Of a DNA stretch of 64,000 nt, positions 54,884 to 64,000 are shown piece after piece. Under the pieces are notes generated by a model. That model searched no databases, was not told the origin of the DNA, and was given only the letters and a program-made list of their open reading frames with translations. The DNA is from Octopus vulgaris (Eukaryota). Position 1 is the first letter of the stretch. The number at the start of each line of letters is the position of its first letter. Where the stretch lies: positions 86,800,001 through 86,864,000 of the forward strand of contig OX597819.1 of NCBI GenBank assembly GCA_951406725.2. Direction: 5' to 3'. The position numbers and the translations under genes were made by a program.

Positions 54884-55090
54884 TATTTCATTACTACCCA
54901 CAAGGGGCTAAACACAGAGGGGACAAACAAGGACAGACAAAGGGATTAAATCGATTACATCGACCCCAGTGCGTAACTGGTACTTATTTAATCGACCCCG
55001 AAAGGATGAAAGGCAAAGTGGACCTCGGCAGACGAAATACGGCTACGCATTTCGCCCGGCATGCTAACGTTTCTGCCAGCTCGCCCGCCT
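54884..55090 (-). mobile_element. SINE family B with internal deletion
   Basis: family B sequence; TSD tttgcactata. Confidence 0.85.
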
Positions 55091-56075
55091 TTTTGCACTA
55101 TAAGATTTGCACTATAATACTGCTGATATTCATGGGTCAGTGCTTTTACTACACACGCGCGCGCAAGTACTAAATTGCACCCAAAAGAAGTTCATTTGGC
55201 TGAGTGACAAAGATCAGTCAGTTCACACTAAAACACTAGTTCACAGTCAAGCCGTTTTCTCTCATTTTCGTCTTCTGTTAATGTTATTGTAGAGGTTTTG
55301 GCTCCTCTAAAGTAAATGAAATGCATGCATTCTGAATCCAGGTCCATAAACTCTACATAGTTGTTTAAGATTTTACAAACAGCAGCAAAATTTCCATCAA
55401 ACTGCAGTTTACTATCTTACTATCTTAAATAAGAGTTGGACACATTGGATAGTAGTGTCCCAGACATGCTTCTAGACAGAGAGGCTGTTCATGGATGTAA
55501 TGCTTTGGAGGATAAATTGATTTGGTCTGCGTTGATCTGGGGATAAACATTAACAACAATGATATGCACGTCAGCAACAAAATAGCAGCAACCTGATGCA
55601 TCCGCTTCTTTTCCAGCTCTCGTCATCTCAATAGATATTGCTCCAAATATATCGTTCAAACCTCTCGTATCCTCTGGATACTATAAATAGAAGACTAAAA
55701 CTCAAACTAATACCTTTTATCTTTTAATTGTTTCAGTCATTAGACTGCGGCCACGATAGAGTTCCGCCTTGAAAAATTTTAGCCGAAAGAATCGACTCCA
55801 GTAATTATTCTTTAAAGACTGGTACTTATTCCATCGGTCTCTTAACCGAACAGCTAAGTTTCGGAGACTTAGACATACTGACACCTGCTTTCAAGCAGCG
55901 GTGCGAGACAAACACAGACACAAAGAACACACACGCATATATATATATGTATATATACATATATATATGTATATATGTATATATGTATATATATACATAT
56001 ATATATATACATATATAGATGCATATACATACAAATAGATATACATATATGTATTTATATATATGTATATATATA

Positions 56076-57991
56076 CGAATACAGCAAAGATGACAAGAAT
56101 GGAGGCACGGATGCAGATGAAAGAAGTAACCCCCGTTTGGTAGACACTCAAGAAAACAAAGAAGAGGATTCAAGCGGGAACCCTGTCCGGAAAGTAAACC
56201 CAAGTGCAAGTACCCCTACCACCATCAAAACGAAAAACCATGGAGGTGAAAGAGCGAAGAAAGAACAACTAAATGAAGGAAAAACTAAAACTAAAACAAA
56301 AGATGAAACAGCCAAAGAAAGAAGCAAACCTGACTACCCATATAACAAAAAGGATAAAAAGATACAGCAAGCACGAATGTGCAAATTCTACTTGAAAGGT
56401 GTCTGCTGGCGTGGAGAAGAAGTTGCAAGCTGCCGTTTTGCACACCAAAGGCCCCGCCACATAAACATGAAACAGTGCAGAAACCACCTGTCAAAAGGAA
56501 AGGACTACGCACCACCTGCCCCAAAACGGAGGTATGCAGATGTAGTGGATGCTACAAACCAGACCTATCAACATGTTGTTGAAAGGACAGCTGCTGGACA
56601 ACAATCTCTTTTTTGTGCATGGCACAGAAGAATGTACAGCAGCAGACCCTGCTACATCAATCTCACAGATGGGACTATCCCAAATACACAAGACCACCAC
56701 AGCAAATAGACCCAAGGTGGACACTTCTGGCAACAACACACACATCATATGGGTGCTCTTACTGAACATCAGAGAACTGTAACACTTAGTAACAGGACAA
56801 AAACCCCTTTCTTCAGAGACCTTGTTGCATGCAATCAAGCCTTATGCATAGCACTTATAGAAACACACCTGAAACCAGATATAGCAAATGCAGAAATACA
56901 CATACCACAGTGTCTTGTATTACGGACCGACAGGAAAGAAAGCAGTCATGGTAGAGTTGCTATGTACATCCGTGAAGACATCACATCCCAGGTCCTTTTG
57001 TCACACTCAAATTCAGTATGTGGCACACTAATTGTACATATAAGACAACTCGATGTTGTTATATGTGCTACATATCGCCCTCCAGATGCTCCGAATCATG
57101 TAGGCAAGTTTGAAGACTGCCTTACAAAAATAGAAGAAATTATAGTCAAATTAGAACAACACGTAAGTGTACTTCTTATGGGAGACTTCATTCTGCCCAA
57201 TGTCAGATGGCCCGAGGGCCTTTCTCTCCCAGGAATGACTTGACGCCAAAAAGAATAGATGAAATCCCTCCTAAACCTCATCAACACTTTGTACATGGAA
57301 CAAATAGTACTCCATCCAGGGCAGGTAACATACTGGATCTCTGCTTCACAAATAATATGGATCTCATCCATAATGTGAAAGTGACACCGACGCTACTCTC
57401 GGATCACAGCATGGTAGAGCTGACCATGTACGGACCAAAGGAAATCATGGACATGCAGCCTACAAGAAACTCTCAGAATCTTTCCAGCTTGAACTTCCAT
57501 AAGGCAAACTGGAAACAAATTGAGAAAGAGATTCTCAAACAAAACTGGCCTAAATGTCTCTCCTCACTGGACATCCCAAATTTTGGCATTGTGAGTTACA
57601 CAAATACTAGAACTGGGCACCATAGTGCCAAGGACTGAGATCCATAGTGCCAAGGACTCCAAATTTGCCATCAAGATGTAGGACAAGATATTGCAATAGA
57701 CTGGGCTTCAGAGATCCACAGCTCTTCAATATCCTTCCGGAGGACCTGAGAGACCCGCATAGGGTGGATGTAGGTGTCTGCAAAATAAAGCTGGGTCTCT
57801 TACTGTCAAGTATCCCAGATGAACCAACTTCGGGGCAGGAGATGCAGATGAGGGCAGCTGCATCAAACTATCTCATGCACCAAATGTGAATTCCTAAAAC
57901 ACATTCGTGAAGTAAAATTATGTAGCAACACCAAATGGCGGTGCCCCAGCATGGCCACAGCTCATGAACTGAAACTAGATAAAATAAAAAA
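56076..57991 (+). mobile_element. CR1/L2-group LINE with the RT domain deleted
   Basis: ORF1 with CCCH finger [22 protein letters not shown]; APE endonuclease motifs IALIETHL, RTDR, YRPP, MGDF, NILDLCF, SDH; jumps near 57575 to the ORF2 C-terminus (PQLFNILPEDLR..IPDEP) and 3' tail. Confidence 0.9.
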
Positions 57992-58005
57992 TTTTTTTTA
58001 AATAA

Positions 58006-58373
58006 TAGGAGTGGCTGTTTGGTTCCGGGTTCAGTCCCACTGCGTGGCATCTTGGGCAAGTGTCTTCTGCTATAGCCCCGGGCCGACCAATGCCTTGTGA
58101 GTGGATTTGGTAGACGGAAACTGTAAGAAGCCTGTCGTATATATGTATATATATATAAGTGTGTGTGAATATGTTTGTGTGTCTGTGTTTGTTCCCCTAG
58201 CATTGCTTGACAACCGATGCTGGTGTGTTTACGTCCCCGTCACTTAGCGGTTCGGCAAAAGAGACCGATAGAATAAGTACTGGGCTTACAAAGAATAAGT
58301 CCCGGGGTCGATTTGCTCGACTAAAGGCGGTGCTCCAGCATGGCCACAGTCAAATGACTGAAACAAGTAAAAA

Positions 58374-58382
<9 letters not shown>
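58006..58382 (+). mobile_element. SINE family A
   Basis: family A sequence with a small head deletion and an A-rich end. Confidence 0.88.
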
Positions 58383-58451
<69 letters not shown>

Positions 58452-58770
58452 TTGCAAACTTCTGCAAATATTTTTTGATTAATTAAAATAAACATGAAAC
58501 AAACAAAATAAGCTAAATACTTAGGTTAGTTGTTCAGTACCTTTATCAAAATGCCTAGCTAAAGCCAATGTGGTTACTCAAGCTGTCGCTAGAAATAGAA
58601 GCCAAAATGCCTTTAACTCACGAGCGAGCGTATTAAAAAAATCAACAAAAACAAACAAAAAACTACAACAGTTGTAATCTTAGATCGAGCTGGGTGGACA
58701 GTGAACTAGAAAACAATAAAAATAGCTCTAACTACACTTTGCATATAAATGTCTCGCTTTAAACATATAT

Positions 58771-59358
58771 TTATTTCTTTATTGCCCACAGATGGTTAAA
58801 CATTGAGGGGACAAAGAAGGACAGACAAAGGGATTTAGTCGATTACATTGACCCTAGTGTGTAACTGGTACTTATTTAATCGACCCCGAAAGAATGAAAG
58901 GCAAAGTCGACCTCGGCGGAATTTGAACTCAGAACGTAACGGCAGACGAAATACCTATTTCTTTACTAACCACAAGGGGATAAACACAGAGGAAACAAAC
59001 AAGGACAGACAAACGGATTAAGCCAATTATATCGACCCCAGTGCGTAACTGGTACATATTTAATCGACCCCGAAAGGATGAAAGGCAAAGTCGACCTCGG
59101 TGGAATTTGAACTCAGAACGTAAAGGTAGACGAAATGCCTATTTCTATTTCTTTACTACCCACAAGGGGCTAAACACAGAGAAGACAAACACGGACAGAC
59201 AAACGGATTAAGTGCGTAACTGGTACTTAATTTATCGACCCCGAAAGGATGGAAGGCAAAGTCGACCTCAGCGGAATTTGAACTCAGAACGTAACGGCAG
59301 ACGAAATACCGGCAAGCATTTCGCCCGGCGTGCTAACGTTTCTGCCAGCTCGCCGCTC
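58771..59358 (-). mobile_element. SINE family B trimer (184-bp period)
   Basis: bodies at 58773, 58957, 59141; one head; 14-bp TSD ctttaaacatatat at 58757 and 59359. Confidence 0.9.
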
Positions 59359-59699
59359 CTTTAAACATATATATGACATGAAAATAACACACCTTTATAA
59401 GAAAATTAGAAAATAAAACAGGAATAATATAACCTACATAGTAAACTAATATTTTATGAATTTAAACACAAAAAATTTAACACAATCATTTTGACACGTA
59501 TACAAAAATGTAAACTTTCTCCCTTTCGTCTTAGCTTTATACACACACGCACCGACGCATAGACACACTCACACATACGCACAGGTACTCCCTCCACCAC
59601 ATTCATTTGACGCGCAAGTGGAAACAGGTGTGACTAACACAAGTATATCTTCCAGACACCTGGGCTACTACTCATATTAAAATGCGTGTAGTATTCATA

Positions 59700-59922
59700 T
59701 GTGAGGGGTGCTGAAAAGTTACTTGCTGTAAGGGTGTCGTGAAAGGCCTGGCTGCAGGCCCAACCTTCTGAGGTCCTTTACAAGACTAATATATAAAAAC
59801 TAACGAACCACTGCAATAAGTGTGTGAGTGGGATAGAGGAATATGTTCAATAAATTCGTAATAAACTAATTCTCTTGTATTTTTTTTTTTACCCAATGCC
59901 AGGAAATTTTCAGCACACCCGC

Positions 59923-59923
<1 letters not shown>
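59700..59923 (+). mobile_element. mariner-derived MITE
   Basis: TIRs tgtgaggggtgctgaaaagtt / aattttcagcacacccgca flanked by TA; internal remnant of a transposase end (gaatatgttcaataa). Confidence 0.7.
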
Positions 59924-59953
<30 letters not shown>

Positions 59954-60198
59954 TGTATGTATGTATGTATGTATGTATGTATGTATGTACGTACGTATGT
60001 GTGTGTGTGTATAAGGGCGTGCACAAATGCATATTCATAAGAATTCTAAGGTTATTTTCTTCAACTTATTCGTACACTCCCACACGAGCTCCACAGACAA
60101 TCAATATACTATTACAGGAAAATAATCACAGATTAACATTCACACGCACACACAATACATACATACACGCACATATATTTATATATTCATGTTACACA

Positions 60199-60246
<48 letters not shown>

Positions 60247-60469
60247 TAGCTGCTTTCTTTCATACAAGCAAACCCAATGCTAGAAAGAATCATTGAAATG
60301 AGTCATTGATGATGCAATGTGAGGCACTTGTATGACACTTGATCTTGCCAAGGATTAGCGCATTCTGTTGCATAATACACAGCTGTATATACATATATAT
60401 ATACACACATATATACATATATATATATATGTATATATCTATATCTATCTATCTATCTATATCTATCTA

Positions 60470-60522
<53 letters not shown>

Positions 60523-61529
60523 GGAAAATAAAAGTTGAACTGTTAGAATATTTTTTATTAAAATATTTAAAGCTTTAATCGGTTTCTCCAAATTTAATCT
60601 GTACGAACGAAGGCAAACTTTAACAGAGTACATACACAAAGAACTATCCACACATAAAACCCATTCTGCCACTTATCATGAGGAACCTACACAGGTAACA
60701 AACCTAAACTTTTAGCCACTGGACTATATGCAAACGACTCCTGTCCACTCTCCTACCAGACAGATTATGTGGCTAAAGTCTTCATCAGGAGGAACGACCT
60801 GATGATGCTTTAGCCACTAGATCCTATAAAGGAGCTGTCGAGGTATTGAACCACGAAGTGTGGTTGGAATTCGTCATGAAAACAACTCCTTTCCACTCTC
60901 CCACCAGACAGATTAAATTTGGAGTGCTTTGGTTATAGCTAAACATACTCACTCAACGGTATCGGCCTTCTTTTCAGGCGCAAAATATACTGTCACGTGA
61001 CACTAACGCACGGACGTAGCGGGAAACGTACAATAGGTTCTAAACTTAATCATGTGTTCATTCTCTACAAACACTTGACAGAAAACATTCAGAACATTGT
61101 CTGGACTTGTTCAGTCAACCGTGTCAGTCTTAACTTACGACGCCAACTATTGCCACGTGACACTAACACACGGACGTAGCGGGGAACCTACGAAAATTTC
61201 TAAGACCAGTCATGTGACAATCCTCTACCAATCAAATCCTATTTAAAACATACTAATTTGAGCCGTGAACCTCCGATAAAAATAGGACTAGCTTCAAACA
61301 CTAGTCAGAAGCAAGACAACTGAGGCGCTGAGAATGGGCTCTGCACCCCAAGTTTTGGCGGTGAGATCGGCCTTGGACCGACACCTCAACGCCAACAGAA
61401 GGATGCAGGGTTCGTATATACATGTATATGTATGTATGTGTATGTGTATGTATGTGTGTGTATGCGTATGTATTCATATATATATATATATATATACATG
61501 TATATATATGTATTTCTCTCTCTCTCTCT

Positions 61530-61573
<44 letters not shown>

Positions 61574-61685
61574 TCAAATGAATTAGGTACTTAAGTTGAG
61601 GCACAAGAATTTACTGTGGTATTATCCATACAGTTTCAAAGTAAGGTGATTAAAATCAAAATAAGCAACAGGATATCCAGAAGTA

Positions 61686-61773
61686 ATGCAGTACGATCGT
61701 TTCAAGCGACTCTATTTAATTGAACAATGCAACTGTTACATCAATTTAAATGCAGAGCAATCCTCAGTTGCAT
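61686..61773 (-). ncRNA. type I hammerhead ribozyme with intact catalytic core (Penelope-like)
   Basis: minus: atgcaa CTGAGGA ttgctct..tttaaattga..tcaattaaa..agagtcgctt GAAA cgatcg TA ctgcat; 5-bp stem I with one basal mismatch, palindromic stem III. Confidence 0.65.
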
Positions 61774-62083
61774 AGATACATAGAATTAAATTAAATTAAA
61801 ACAGATGGGCACATTAGTATAATTTTACCTAAAACCTCCAAGAAGGTAAGGAGATAGACAAAGATCATGCTGTCTTCCCTTCAGCTTAGAAACTACTAAG
61901 TTATGAGGAAAAAAGATTTGTTACAGATCTAGCTTGTCACTGTTTTCGGGGGTCAGATTTAATTTATAGTCTTGTTTATCAAATCTTTGTATATCAAAAT
62001 CTAAGGCCAAGGAGTAGTGTCTGTTACGAAAGGGACTGAGGGAGTCGACAGAAATCATAGTGGGTATAGTCATGAAACTATCA

Positions 62084-62118
<35 letters not shown>

Positions 62119-62205
62119 TTCATACATGCATACATTGCGTAAATACGCACATACATGATGATAGCATTTGTTGCAAGTTTTGACACAAGGCCAGAAAGTT
62201 TGTTA

Positions 62206-62679
62206 CACTGTGTAACAACCTCTCATTGTTTTTTGTCTTTGGTTACTAAGTTTTGCTTCTTTCTAGAAGTCAAAAGAAATGACTATTATTCCCTTCACAC
62301 TTTGCTTTTGTTATGTGGTCATCAATGTTTTGTAACTGACGTATTTTCCATTACATTCAGATAGATTCAGCGCTGAGTTACTGAAGCAGAAATATCGTTA
62401 TAGAAAAATTCTGCTCAGTATCACAGATTTGTTTGTCGGTTGCTTGAACATACCCACTTGAGCGTGTTCCTTAGTAGCTGACAATGTGTGCATCTCTGAT
62501 CATGAGCAGGAGTAGAAGGTAGCATCATAGCCATGTGTTGAGAGAGATTCTTTGAGGTTTGAATAAATGTAAGAAAAGCTAAGTTTAAAGGAAATATTAA
62601 CAATTTCTCGTACTTTCTAGGCATAAGCAAATAGAAAATAACAGTTGCTATCCAACGCCAAAAATTCTGTTTCACAGTG
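62206..62679. mobile_element. MITE with long imperfect TIRs, related to the pogo-like element
   Basis: TA-cactgtgtaaca ... tgtttcacagtg; left 170 bp homologous to 45215-45365. Confidence 0.7.
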
Positions 62680-63268
62680 TCATATTAGCAAAGACGCCAA
62701 TTCATTCTCATCATCATCATCATCATCACCATCACCACCACCACCATCATCATAATCCTCATCATTCGCCCAATATCTAAATCACAATTTCCGAAATGCT
62801 AGGGTTTTGAAGCAAACATAGAAATACGTAGATAGATAGATAGATAGACAGACAGAAAGATAGATAAACAAGCGCACACATATCATTCGACCCTCAACTC
62901 TAGTTACAAAAGATATATAATGATTTTTTTTTTTTAATTGGCCATAAAGCTCCACTGCTGTTAATAAAGTAGGTGAAATTGTATGTAGATTATACTTTTT
63001 CTTGATGGTATATAACGCACGTGTCAAGTATATCAATTTCAACCGGGTATTGAAACCAGAACTCGGATTCAGCAGTTGGGAGTGCATGTCTAAATCAATG
63101 CTGTATCTCACACCCTTTTGCTACTCAACCACCCAAATAACTAAATATAATTTCTGGAGATTGGGAGCGCGAAAGACAGTGAGATGGAAATTGTACGCCT
63201 TCGTTTGTCATCGTAGGCATCAAATATACCGTCTTCAAATCACAGCCTTTCGTTTTTGATATTAGATA

Positions 63269-63269
<1 letters not shown>

Positions 63270-63340
<71 letters not shown>

Positions 63341-63580
63341 CAGCAGCAGTAGTAGTAGTAGTTGTCGTAATAGTGGGGGGACTGCAGCAGTAGTAGTATT
63401 TGTAATTGAAACAGCTGAAACAGCAACAGCAGCAGCAGCAGCAGCTACTAAGACGTCGTGTTGGTCACAGCTGGAGTATTTTCTTTTATTATTATTATTA
63501 TTATTGAGTAGATCAATGAAGTTCGATCTGGAGTTATACAACAAAAAGAGCAGCAGCAGTAGCAGCAGTAGTAGTAGTAA

Positions 63581-63666
<86 letters not shown>
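63270..63666. repeat. compound (TAG)n/(CAG)n/(TGG)n trinucleotide tracts
   Basis: directly visible; explains the poly-L, poly-S and poly-Y ORFs. Confidence 0.95.
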
Positions 63667-63667
<1 letters not shown>

Positions 63668-64000
63668 GACATCGCACACTCTCATAATGTACATTTTACT
63701 TGTCATTCAGAGAGTACATACGCAAAGGTTCACATTTCTTTGGAAATCAAACTTAGGCTTTCATACATCAACAAAACTTGTGTCGTGGGAAAACTGATGA
63801 TATCCGGTTGATTCAAATTTAAATAATTAGAACAACTTACACACTAAGAAAGGACACATAAATATGTTCAAATTCCACCGAGGTCGACTTTTCTACTCTT
63901 TCTTTCGGGGTCTATAAATTAAGTACCGATTGGGTACTGAGGTAGATATATATGATCGCGTAGTCCCACTCACAAAATTTCAGATTTTGTGTCAGTAGTA

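Noticed and set aside
58771-59358. CRISPR-like regular repeats
   Set aside because: Whole units repeat with no unique spacers; eukaryotic SINE multimer
60310-60318. Isolated TGATGCAAT amino-acid response element
   Set aside because: About one hit is expected by chance in a window this size; no supporting context
63125-63797. 193-aa poly-Leu ORF and overlapping poly-Ser/poly-Tyr ORFs
   Set aside because: Translation of (TAG)n/(CAG)n tracts; no splice or domain support
52891-64000. Next upstream SLC7A9 exon (expected NLPxAI...AVAV)
   Set aside because: No matching peptide with splice sites found by eye; probably beyond the window

Overview
AT-rich, microsatellite-dense animal genomic DNA; the repeat families look octopod cephalopod (Octopus-like), which is my inference. 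The only intact protein-coding gene is the 3' half of a minus-strand SLC7 L-type amino-acid transporter light chain (b(0,+)AT/SLC7A9-like). Its five GT-AG exons are 52787-52890, 14497-14593, 13523-13672, 10790-10958 and 7990-8099 (stop), with one 38.2-kb intron; the 5' exons lie beyond the window. The introns are filled with decayed mobile DNA: a mariner nested in a DD37D maT element, Tigger and pogo elements with MITEs, Helitrons, a Penelope-like RT, CR1-like and RTE LINE pieces, and several tRNA-derived SINE families. Notable observations: (1) about eight hammerhead-ribozyme-like motifs, mostly sense to the host pre-mRNA and nearly all mutated in the core; (2) a decayed tandem array of unidentified glycoprotein-like genes inside the giant intron; (3) SINE multimers with a fixed 184-bp period, one inserted as a single unit; (4) a LINE and a SINE sharing a 3' tail; (5) an abrupt CpG boundary near 18.5-19 kb with promoter-like motifs. 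Most ORFs in the supplied track are microsatellite artefacts.
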